Source: Verrucomicrobiota bacterium
GTDB lineage: Bacteria > Verrucomicrobiota > Verrucomicrobiia > Limisphaerales > CANJSG01
Length of the DNA stretch: 35,624 bases
Direction: 5' to 3'
Assembly (NCBI GenBank): GCA_038209745.1
Contig: JBBQXJ010000049.1
Location: 1-35,624 of the forward strand
The notes beneath the pieces were generated by a model, which saw only the letters and a program-made list of their open reading frames with translations, was not told the DNA's origin and did no database searches. The position numbers and the translations under genes were made by a program. Below are positions 17,778-26,226 of this stretch, one piece after another; within the stretch, counting starts at the first letter, position 1; every line of letters begins with the position of its first letter.

Positions 17778-19130
17778 ATGAAGATCAAATTCAAGACGGT
17801 GGAAGGCGCGATCGTCGCGCCCCAGGGTTTCCTGGCCAGCGGCGTGTTCTGCGACATCAAGCGCCTCGGCACCGGCAAGGGCTCCGCCAAGGGACCCAAG
17901 CGCGACCTCGCCCTGATCGTCTCCGAAGTCCCCTGCTCCGTCGCCGGCATGTTCACGACGAACCAGATCTGTGCCGCGCCGGTAAAGGTCTGCGTCGCGC
18001 GCATCAAGAAGGGCAAGGCCCAGGCCGTGGTGGTGAATTCCGGCAACGCCAACGCCTGCACCGGCAAGCAGGGCATGAAGGACGCGGAGGCGATGACCGC
18101 CCTGACCGCGAAGCTTCTTAATCTCGACGATGAACAGGCCTTCGTCGGTTCCACCGGGCGCATCGGCGTGACCATGCCGATGGAGAACGTCCGCGACGGC
18201 ATTCGGATGGCCGCCGGCCTCCTGGGCAACGCGCCCGAACACGCCGCCGAAGCCGCCGAGGCCATCATGACCAGCGACAGCCGGGCCAAGCAGATTTCCA
18301 TCGAGTTCAAGCTCGGCGAAAAAACCGTCCGCCTCGGCGGAATGTGCAAGGGCGCGGGGATGATCCAGCCGGGCATGAGCGGCACCGGAACGCGCCCCGC
18401 CGCGTTGCCCAACGGTGTGCCGGCAGGCCTGCACGCCACGATGCTCTGCTTCATCACGACTGATGTCGCGATCAGCGCCAAGCTTCTCCAAGCCGCGTTG
18501 CGCGAAGCCGTCGCCCACAGCTTCAACCGCATCACCGTCGATGGAGACATGAGCACCAACGACACCGTTCTCGTCCTCGCCAACGGCCTCGCCGAGAATC
18601 CGGCCTCCGGTATCCGGAATCAGTCCTCCAAAGATTTCCAGGTCTTCCAGGCCGCGCTCATCCACGTCTGCCTGGAACTGGCCAAGATGATCGTCCGCGA
18701 CGGCGAAGGCGTGCATCGCGTCGTCACTGTCCGCGTGGATGGCGCCAAGACGATCGCCGATGCCGATGCTGTCGCCCGGGCCGTGGCGAACAGCGCGCTG
18801 GTCAAGACGAGTTGGCATGGTGGCGACCCGAACTGGGGCCGCATCATCGGCGCCCTCGGCTACAGCACGGCCAAGATCGTCGAGGACAAGGTGGACATTG
18901 GATACAGCGCTCCCGGCGGCAAGAAGATCCTCTGGAGCCTCAAACACGGCCAGCCCACCAAAGCATCCTACAAGGAGCTGTGCGCCGCCGTCGCACCCAA
19001 CGAGTTCGATCTCCACATCCGCCTGAACCTGGGCCCGGCCTCCGCCATCATGTATGCGGCCGATCTGACCGAAGCCTACGTGGACTACAACAAGGGGGAC
19101 GTGACCGATCCTGCGACGCTGGGGGGCTGA
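17778..19130 (+). CDS. argJ: Glutamate N-acetyltransferase / ornithine acetyltransferase
   Basis: NSGNANACTG, STGRIG, KGAGMI..ATML, NRITVDGDMSTND, RDGEG, DPNWGRI; ATG 17778. Confidence 0.93.
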   Translation: MKIKFKTVEGAIVAPQGFLASGVFCDIKRLGTGKGSAKGPKRDLALIVSEVPCSVAGMFTTNQICAAPVKVCVARIKKGKAQAVVVNSGNANACTGKQGMKDAEAMTALTAKLLNLDDEQAFVGSTGRIGVTMPMENVRDGIRMAAGLLGNAPEHAAEAAEAIMTSDSRAKQISIEFKLGEKTVRLGGMCKGAGMIQPGMSGTGTRPAALPNGVPAGLHATMLCFITTDVAISAKLLQAALREAVAHSFNRITVDGDMSTNDTVLVLANGLAENPASGIRNQSSKDFQVFQAALIHVCLELAKMIVRDGEGVHRVVTVRVDGAKTIADADAVARAVANSALVKTSWHGGDPNWGRIIGALGYSTAKIVEDKVDIGYSAPGGKKILWSLKHGQPTKASYKELCAAVAPNEFDLHIRLNLGPASAIMYAADLTEAYVDYNKGDVTDPATLGG

Positions 19131-19149
19131 GCGAGCAATCGGCTGCGGG

Positions 19150-20748
19150 CTACTTCTCCCCGTCCACCCACCAGGTGGTCAGGTCGCCCTTCCCTTTGAT
19201 GGAGACCACACCCCGGGGGGTCAGCCGGAATCCATCGCCGATCAGCCGGGCCGTCGCCTCCGTGATATGGACCCGCCCGGGTTCGCCATGTGATTCCATC
19301 CGGCTGGCGGTGTTCACCGTGTCGCCCCAAAGGTCATAGATGAATTTTCTCCGGCCGATGATGCCCGCGATCACGGGTCCGGAGTTCAATCCCACGCGCA
19401 TTTCCAGGGTTGTGCCCTGCTCGACGTTGAACCGCTTCATCACGGCGTGCAGTTCGATCGCCATCCGGGTCGCCGCTTGGGCGTGATCCGACCGTGGCAG
19501 GGGCAGGCCGGCGACCGCCATGTAGGCGTCGCCGATCGTCTTGATCTTTTCGATGCCATGCCGATCGGCGAGTTCGTCGAAAGCGGTGAAGATCTCGTCG
19601 AGCAGCCTGACCACGATCTTCGGCGGAACGCGCACCGACAGGCTGGTGAAGCCGGCAAGATCCGCGAAAAGCACCGTCGCCTCCTGGAAACTGTCGACGA
19701 TGGTGGTTTCGCCCTGCCTCAGGCGGTCGGCGATCGGCTTGGGCAGGACATTCAAGAGCAACCGCTCCGATTGGGCCTGCTCTTCCTCGATCCTTTTGAT
19801 GTAGACCTGCTCCAAGTCCCGGAGCCTTTTCTTCTCCAGAGCGGCGCCGATCCGCGCCCGCAGCAACACGGGGTTGAAGGGTTTGGCTAGGTAGTCCTCG
19901 GCCCCTAGTTCGATGCACTGGACGATGCTCTCCATCTGGTCGAGCGCCGAGATCATGATCACGGGCAGGTTCTTGAGAGTGACATCGCCCTTGATGGCGG
20001 TGAGCAGTTCATGGCCGTCAAGCCCCGGCATCACCATGTCCAGGAGCGCGAGGTCGAAGCCGCCCTGCCGCAGACATTTGAGCGCCTCCGTCCCGTCCAC
20101 ACAGGCGACGACCGAGAATCCAAGCTTTTCGAGGCGGCGCTGGAGCAGATCGCGATTGCCGGCGTCGTCATCCGCGAGAAGCAGGCGTCCCTGTTCGGTC
20201 GAGGAAATCTCTGGGCCTTTCGGGGTTTGAACCAGGCTGCTCTGGATGTTCGACCAAGTGCCCGCGCGGGAACCGACGGAACCGGCGGCCGCCGCTTTTC
20301 GGAACATCTGGATCGAGCATTCGTTCAGCAGCTGCGTCTCCATCAGGCCGAGCCAGGAACGCCCGGCCTCGATGACCTTGCCCAGATCCGCCTCGAATTC
20401 CTGGTGTCCGAGATCTTCGCACATCTCGATCAACAGCTCGCCGAAGCCGATGATGTGGTTCGCTGGGGTCCGGAGTTCGTGGCTCAACCGCTGCCGGTCG
20501 TGGCCGTGGGTGTAGAACGTGTCCTCGCCAAGATACAGGTTGATCAAGCCGACCAACTGCAGACCGCCGCTGTGGATCTTCTCCAGATCGTGCAGGAACT
20601 CCGGAGGCATGTGGCCCTCGGCCTCTTCCAGAAGAATCTCGCTGTAGCCGATGATGTGGTTGATCGGCGTCCGCATGTCGTGACGGATGCGCGCCAATTG
20701 AAACTTCTCGTTGCCATCGAGCGATTTCTTGTTGGAGGGGGTTGCCAC
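19150..20748 (-). CDS. Class III adenylate cyclase with two N-terminal HisKA-like segments and a receiver domain
   Basis: HDMRTPINHIIGYSE and HELRTPANHIIGFGE; REC (LLADDD, LLDMVMP, DYLAKP); cyclase (VLFADLAGFT, EKIKTIGDAYM, YDLWGDTVNTASRMES; K and D specificity residues indicate ATP). GTG start at 20748 inferred. Confidence 0.87.
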   Translation of the reverse strand: MATPSNKKSLDGNEKFQLARIRHDMRTPINHIIGYSEILLEEAEGHMPPEFLHDLEKIHSGGLQLVGLINLYLGEDTFYTHGHDRQRLSHELRTPANHIIGFGELLIEMCEDLGHQEFEADLGKVIEAGRSWLGLMETQLLNECSIQMFRKAAAAGSVGSRAGTWSNIQSSLVQTPKGPEISSTEQGRLLLADDDAGNRDLLQRRLEKLGFSVVACVDGTEALKCLRQGGFDLALLDMVMPGLDGHELLTAIKGDVTLKNLPVIMISALDQMESIVQCIELGAEDYLAKPFNPVLLRARIGAALEKKRLRDLEQVYIKRIEEEQAQSERLLLNVLPKPIADRLRQGETTIVDSFQEATVLFADLAGFTSLSVRVPPKIVVRLLDEIFTAFDELADRHGIEKIKTIGDAYMAVAGLPLPRSDHAQAATRMAIELHAVMKRFNVEQGTTLEMRVGLNSGPVIAGIIGRRKFIYDLWGDTVNTASRMESHGEPGRVHITEATARLIGDGFRLTPRGVVSIKGKGDLTTWWVDGEK

Positions 20749-20774
20749 GCGGAAGCTGCGACGGTCCGGGTCGC

Positions 20775-21143
20775 TCAGGGAGTGCGGAGATGTTTCTCTA
20801 TCTTCTCGAGCAACCGCGGCAGTTCGATCGGCTTGGTGTCGAAATCGTCGCAACCGGCTTCGCGCGCCCTCTGTTCGTCGCTGGCCATGGCGTGGGCCGT
20901 CAGGGCGATGATCGGAATCCCTTTCGTCGCGTCGTTCGCCTTCAAGCGCCGGGTCGCCTCCCATCCGTCGATGATCGGCAGGCTCATGTCCATGAGGATG
21001 ATCTCCGGCATTTCGGCCTGGGCCATGTCGATGGCCTGCTGGCCATCCACCGCGATCGAAACAACATGTCCCCGCCGCAACAAGCGCCGGGAGAGCATGT
21101 CTCGGTTCATTTCGTTGTCTTCAACCAGAAGTATTCGGGCCAT
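20775..21143 (-). CDS. Single-domain response regulator (CheY/DivK-like)
   Basis: ILLVEDN, ILMDMSLP, IIALTAHA, FDTKP; 122 aa from ATG 21143. Confidence 0.92.
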   Translation of the reverse strand: MARILLVEDNEMNRDMLSRRLLRRGHVVSIAVDGQQAIDMAQAEMPEIILMDMSLPIIDGWEATRRLKANDATKGIPIIALTAHAMASDEQRAREAGCDDFDTKPIELPRLLEKIEKHLRTP

Positions 21144-21203
21144 GGAGTGGTTAGGTTGATCGGGGATCCGTTCGGCAGTGCCCGCCGAAGCCAAGCTGCT
21201 GGC

Positions 21204-24200
21204 TCAGATCTCCCACTTTAGATTTCGTTTAATGACGGAGTCGATTTCCGCGGCCAGACCAAGGATCGACAGGGTGCCTTTTTCGATGACTTTGACCACG
21301 TGTCCATTGAGCCGCTCCCGGTCCTCGACGGTAAGATCCTTGGCGGTGCTGACGATCACCGGGATGGTCCGCCAATCCGGATTCATGCGAAGCTCCTCCA
21401 TGAACTCGAACCCGTCCATTTCGGGCATCATCAGATCCAAAAGGATGAGTGCCGGCCGCTCGAGCTTCACCTGGTCCAATCCCACCAGACCATTGGCCGC
21501 CTCCCGGACGGACCACCCTTCCTTGCTCATCTGCCGCGCGAGCATCTCCCGGGTATCGGTGTTGTCTTCGACGATGAGCACTGGCCCGTTGTTCTGGGTA
21601 GATTGGCGGAATTTTCTGAGCAGCTTGCTCAGACGGGACCACTCGACCGGCTTGGTCACGTAGTCCATGGCCCCCAGAGAGAAGGCCAGGTTCTTGTCAT
21701 CCACGACGCTGACCATGACAACCGGTATCTCGGCGAGTTGGGGGTCCGACTTGAGGGCGCTCAGCACGGCCCATCCATCCATGCCCGGCATCATGACATC
21801 CAGCGTGATGGCAACAGGACGGAGCTCCCGAGCCCGCTGCAGCCCTTCCTGGCCGCTGGACGCCGTTTCGACGTGATAACCCTCCTTGGTCAGATGACGA
21901 GCCAGCATCTCTAGGATATGGGGATCATCGTCGATCGCGAGCACCGTGATGCCGGGCTTCGCGCCCCCATTGTCCGGAGCAGGAGCCCTGGCTGCCGGCG
22001 CGTCCTCCGGGCACTGGACCGGCAGCGTGGCGTTGAAGGTGGTTCCCTTGCCGTGCTCGCTTTCCACCGAAAGAGTTCCGCCCATCAGTTCGCAGAACCT
22101 GCGGCTGATCGCGAGGCCCAGTCCCGTCCCGCCATACTTCTTCGAAGTGGACGCATCCGCCTGGGCGAACGCCTTGAAAAGATTGCCCAGTTGGTCCGGC
22201 GTCATCCCGATGCCGGTATCGGCCACGGTGAAGGAAACGGACGGAACCCCGCCTTCGGGCGCACCCTCTGATGCAGCGGTCGACGGTGGCTCCAGATGCC
22301 GGGCAACCCTCACCGTAATGGTGCCGTTCTCGGTGAACTTGTTGGCGTTCGACAACAGGTTGAAAAGAACCTGTCTGACCTTGGTCATGTCGGCCCGAAT
22401 CGTGCCGGCGTCGGCCGGACATTCGACGGTCAGACGATTCCCGTTCTTTCCGATCAGAGGTTCGAACGTGGCCCGGACCTCCTCGACCATGGGAGCGATT
22501 TCGAACTCCTCGAGATAGAGCGTCATCTTGCCCGCCTCGATCTTCGAGAGGTCCAGGATGTCGTTGATCAAACCCAACAGGTGCCGCCCCGATGACCGGA
22601 TCTTCTGGAGATCCACGCTGAACCCGTCCAGCTCCATGTCGACGGCCTCCTCCTGCAGCATCTCCGAGTATCCGATGATGGCATTGAGCGGCGTCCTCAG
22701 CTCGTGGCTCATGTTCGCGAGGAACTGGCTCTTGGCCGAGCTGGCCGACTCCGCTTCCTCCTTGGCCTTGCGCAGATCCTCTTCCGCCCGTTTGCGTCCG
22801 GTGATGTCCTGTCCGACACAGACAACCCCGATGACCGCCCGCTGTTTGTCCTTCAGGAGCGCACCCGAAAATGAAATCGGAATCATGGTTCCATCGGCGG
22901 CGCGATACGTCACCTCCATGTTCACGACCGTCAGACGCCGCACCAGTTCGTCGTCGAAGATCGTCGTCGCTCCTGCTTCCAAGACGAGGATTTCGCGGAT
23001 GTTCCGTTGCAGGAGATCAGCCTCCTCGAAACGCAGAAGCCTGCAGAGGGCACGATTGACGGTCCGGACAGCGCCCGTGGTATCCACGACCATGAGGCTG
23101 TCGTTCATGGTGCGGATCACCGAGTTCACATAGTCCTTGTCGACCAGCTGTGCCCGTTGATCCTTTAGATCCAGGATCATCTGGTTGAAGGTCTTGGCCA
23201 GGGCTCCGATTTCATCGCTCGAGCGACAAGAGGCCTTGGCATCGAAATCACCGACCGCGACCCGTCCGGCCACCCGGGAAAAATCTCCGATCACGCGAGT
23301 CACCCGACGCGTGATGATCACCACGACCCCCACCACCACGGCGAACATGACCAGACCCAGCGATATCACCGATCGTTCGAGCTGCCTGATGGGCGACAAG
23401 GCGATCCGGGTATCCTGCATCACCAGTGTCGCCCATCCAAAACCAGGAAAATTGGTCCACCCTTTGCACTGGCTGAAGCCGATCAAGGACCGGCCGCCCT
23501 GGTCATTGTCTTCGATCACGGAACCGTCCTGACCGGATACTGCGGATCGCGCCGCTTGTAGATGCTGGTCGAAGAGATTGGCCCGGGCTTCGGCCGCCGG
23601 GCCCGCGTTCGAATCGAACAAAACGCGGCCTTTTTTCTGGATGAGGACGATCCGGTATTCCTTCTCCGTTTGGATGATCTCGCCCAGTTGGTCCAGCCGC
23701 CAATCGGCTTCCAGCACGAAAATGATCTGCGACTGGGACCGATCGGTGACCGGGAACATGAAGCGAACGACCCACTGCTTGCTGACGGGATCAAGTTGGG
23801 CGTCCCGGATCGTATTTGTTCCCGCGAGCGCCCTCCGCCGGTCACTGTCCATCGGCAGAGTGCTGCCCATCAATCCGGGTTCGCTGGCCACGACGACCTT
23901 GCCACTGGAATCCATCAACTGGACACTCGCAAACTCGGGGTGTTGCTTGACCACCCCGCTGAGGAACTGAAAGGCCGCGAGAGGATTCTCGGGAATCAAG
24001 ACATCCTCCAAAACGTCCATTCTCGACCATGCTTTAACGTCGCGTTCCGCACTGAAAAGGACGCGATCCACTTCTCGGGCGGTGTCCTTGGCGCTCTGCT
24101 CGAAACTGTTGCCCAGACCTCTGCCAACCGCTTCGGTGCCGATGAGATTGGAATAGATCCCAATGCCCACCAGCGGCAAAAGTGATACCGCCAACGAGAA

Positions 24201-24227
24201 GGCGAGGATTTTGGCCCGAACCTGCAT
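21204..24227 (-). CDS. Hybrid sensor histidine kinase (TM-Cache-like-TM-HAMP-PAS-HisKA-HATPase-REC-REC)
   Basis: Two TM helices; DEIGALAKTFNQM; FLANMSHELRTPLNAIIG; NLLSNANKFT; DTGIGM; GGTGLGL; two receivers (TLDVMMP, LLDLMMP). Confidence 0.93.
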   Translation of the reverse strand: MQVRAKILAFSLAVSLLPLVGIGIYSNLIGTEAVGRGLGNSFEQSAKDTAREVDRVLFSAERDVKAWSRMDVLEDVLIPENPLAAFQFLSGVVKQHPEFASVQLMDSSGKVVVASEPGLMGSTLPMDSDRRRALAGTNTIRDAQLDPVSKQWVVRFMFPVTDRSQSQIIFVLEADWRLDQLGEIIQTEKEYRIVLIQKKGRVLFDSNAGPAAEARANLFDQHLQAARSAVSGQDGSVIEDNDQGGRSLIGFSQCKGWTNFPGFGWATLVMQDTRIALSPIRQLERSVISLGLVMFAVVVGVVVIITRRVTRVIGDFSRVAGRVAVGDFDAKASCRSSDEIGALAKTFNQMILDLKDQRAQLVDKDYVNSVIRTMNDSLMVVDTTGAVRTVNRALCRLLRFEEADLLQRNIREILVLEAGATTIFDDELVRRLTVVNMEVTYRAADGTMIPISFSGALLKDKQRAVIGVVCVGQDITGRKRAEEDLRKAKEEAESASSAKSQFLANMSHELRTPLNAIIGYSEMLQEEAVDMELDGFSVDLQKIRSSGRHLLGLINDILDLSKIEAGKMTLYLEEFEIAPMVEEVRATFEPLIGKNGNRLTVECPADAGTIRADMTKVRQVLFNLLSNANKFTENGTITVRVARHLEPPSTAASEGAPEGGVPSVSFTVADTGIGMTPDQLGNLFKAFAQADASTSKKYGGTGLGLAISRRFCELMGGTLSVESEHGKGTTFNATLPVQCPEDAPAARAPAPDNGGAKPGITVLAIDDDPHILEMLARHLTKEGYHVETASSGQEGLQRARELRPVAITLDVMMPGMDGWAVLSALKSDPQLAEIPVVMVSVVDDKNLAFSLGAMDYVTKPVEWSRLSKLLRKFRQSTQNNGPVLIVEDNTDTREMLARQMSKEGWSVREAANGLVGLDQVKLERPALILLDLMMPEMDGFEFMEELRMNPDWRTIPVIVSTAKDLTVEDRERLNGHVVKVIEKGTLSILGLAAEIDSVIKRNLKWEI

Positions 24228-24238
24228 GCAGATGGAAC

Positions 24239-24736
24239 TCAGTTTTCTTTGCCCGCACGCAACACGTAGCCCGGTTCACCCGGGAGGCGGCCATCGATCC
24301 GCAGCACTTTGACAGACGGGTCCTTCATCGACGCGTCTATGAAGCCTATGCCGCTTTTGAGCCGGCTGATCTCCTTGATGACCTCGCCGCTCGAAGCCCG
24401 CACGACGGGAGAGGAGACGATCTCCGCCTTGAAAACTCGGAGCATCCAGTCCCTGTTCAAGGCTTCCTCGGTTCGATGATACACCTTCTCCAGGATCAGT
24501 TCCTTTTCCGGAAGGCCCGCTTTCAAAGTCACCAGCGCCACCCGGTTCCGGCTGCCGGTCTTCCAAAACTGCTGCTGGAGCTCGAAGAGGCTTCGAAGTT
24601 CCTTGAGGGACAATTCGTCCACCGGATTGTCGCGGTTCACGACGATCGCCACGTCCGCAACCTCCGCCGCATGGCCCACCTGAACCATCGCGGTAAACAC
24701 GATGCCGAGCAGCATTTTGCGGACGGAGAGGATCAT
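24239..24736 (-). CDS. Small PstS/PBP-like periplasmic binding protein
   Basis: Signal peptide; VAIVVNRDNPVDELSLKELRSLF...W and GIGFID...VKVLRIDG, typical of short PBP-domain proteins. Start 24736 lies just after the porin stop. Confidence 0.75.
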   Translation of the reverse strand: MILSVRKMLLGIVFTAMVQVGHAAEVADVAIVVNRDNPVDELSLKELRSLFELQQQFWKTGSRNRVALVTLKAGLPEKELILEKVYHRTEEALNRDWMLRVFKAEIVSSPVVRASSGEVIKEISRLKSGIGFIDASMKDPSVKVLRIDGRLPGEPGYVLRAGKEN

Positions 24737-24737
24737 G

Positions 24738-26060
24738 TCAGTAGGTGAATGTTGCCTGTGTGTAGAAGGCATTAGGATTGTCCAGGCCCTTTTGATCGAT
24801 GTAATGATATTCGAACTTCAAGGCGGCCCAGGTGATGAAATCCCAGCGGACCCCCAACGTGTGCCGGCGGACATCGACCAGCAAAGGTCCGTAGTATGGA
24901 TCGCCCTCTCCCAGGTCGAGATAGTCGAAGCGGTAGTAGGGCTTGAAGGCGTGATACTGGTATCCCACCTGCGCATAGGCCCCCCAGGTCTCATAGCGTT
25001 GGTTGCTCACGTGGTCGTCGTGCTCGATCCGCATTCCTTCAAAAAGGAACTCGATGTTGTCCCGCAGATAGGTGAGGTGGGCGCCCGTGATCAGTTCGTT
25101 GATGTTGCCGTTCCTGCTGGCGACCGACGGATCGGGGGGGATGACATCGGCGTAGCCGTTAACCCCGAAGCCGAGACCGGGAACTCCGGCCGGCTGCAGA
25201 TCGAGAACGCCGTAGACCGCCTTGTTGTCGTTGAGATCCTGGATGTCGACTGTGGTCGTGTAGGCTCGGCCGCGGCCGTTGGCGATTCCGATATTATAGT
25301 GCAGATCGACCAGCTTCGTCGGTTGATACCCGTAGATCTCGACACCCACTGAATGGATCGGGAGCACCGACCCTCCATCATGGAAGCGCATCAACTCGGG
25401 CCTCAGAATCGTGGTCTGGAACCAGGTGCCATGATGGAACGTCTCGTTCCAATAGCCAAAGGGAGTGTGCGTGCGGCCGAGCCGAAAATTGAAAAGGTCG
25501 TTGGCGTGGTATTGCAGCTGAAGCCGCTCGATCGTGGTGGATGCCGATTCGTCGTCCTTATACTGGAAAACGATCTCGGACATGATGCTGACCCGGTCGG
25601 AAAGCCTCGAATTGGCCATCAGTCCCAGCTGACCGAGACCGAACGTCGAGGGCAGTTCATCGGCGCCGCGCAATTTACCACCCACGCGATAGTCCACGTC
25701 GCCAAACCAGAGCAGACTTAGACTCGGCATTTTCGAGCCCACATCGTGGCCCATGTCCACATCGGGCTCCGCCAGGACCACGGGCGTCGTCGGCGCGGCG
25801 ATCCTCGCAGGAGTCTTCTGTTCAAGCGCCTGCAACCGCTGGACCAGTCCATTGATGGCGTCCGATTGGGAATCCAGCTTTTGTTTCAGGTTGCTGTTCT
25901 CTTCCTGCAGCTTCCGGACTTGCTCCCGAAACGTACCGCCCTCCTCCGCCCCGAAAGCCGGCCGCATGGGCGACAGCGCCACGAGCAGGCCGCAGGCGAT
26001 GAAAGTGGAACCCCGCTGCGCCACGGGGCGCAGACTGCTTTTGGTTCGGGATCGAATCAT
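24738..26060 (-). CDS. Outer-membrane porin-like beta-barrel with an N-terminal coiled coil
   Basis: Signal peptide; coiled coil VRKLQEENSNLKQKL; FRLGRTHTPFGYWN; alternating beta strands; C-terminal aromatic ...QATFTY. Confidence 0.78.
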   Translation of the reverse strand: MIRSRTKSSLRPVAQRGSTFIACGLLVALSPMRPAFGAEEGGTFREQVRKLQEENSNLKQKLDSQSDAINGLVQRLQALEQKTPARIAAPTTPVVLAEPDVDMGHDVGSKMPSLSLLWFGDVDYRVGGKLRGADELPSTFGLGQLGLMANSRLSDRVSIMSEIVFQYKDDESASTTIERLQLQYHANDLFNFRLGRTHTPFGYWNETFHHGTWFQTTILRPELMRFHDGGSVLPIHSVGVEIYGYQPTKLVDLHYNIGIANGRGRAYTTTVDIQDLNDNKAVYGVLDLQPAGVPGLGFGVNGYADVIPPDPSVASRNGNINELITGAHLTYLRDNIEFLFEGMRIEHDDHVSNQRYETWGAYAQVGYQYHAFKPYYRFDYLDLGEGDPYYGPLLVDVRRHTLGVRWDFITWAALKFEYHYIDQKGLDNPNAFYTQATFTY

Positions 26061-26129
26061 GAAAGGTTTTTGAGTGTATGAAAGCAGCCGAGACTATTTC
26101 TCCCCAAGGCGAAGCTCTTTTCAATCTTC

Positions 26130-26156
26130 TAATCGGCAAACTTGGGCGGAAGGTGA
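26130..26156 (-). promoter_or_regulatory. Possible sigma-28-like promoter of the porin-cyclase operon
   Basis: Minus strand TCAC-N15-GCCGATTA versus the FliA consensus TAAA-N15-GCCGATAA, 70 nt upstream of the porin ATG. Confidence 0.35.
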
Positions 26157-26226
26157 TTCGACAGGATGGCGGCTGCTTCTCATCGAGCCTCCAGATCACA
26201 TCGAACGGGAAGACGTCTCCGTGCGT

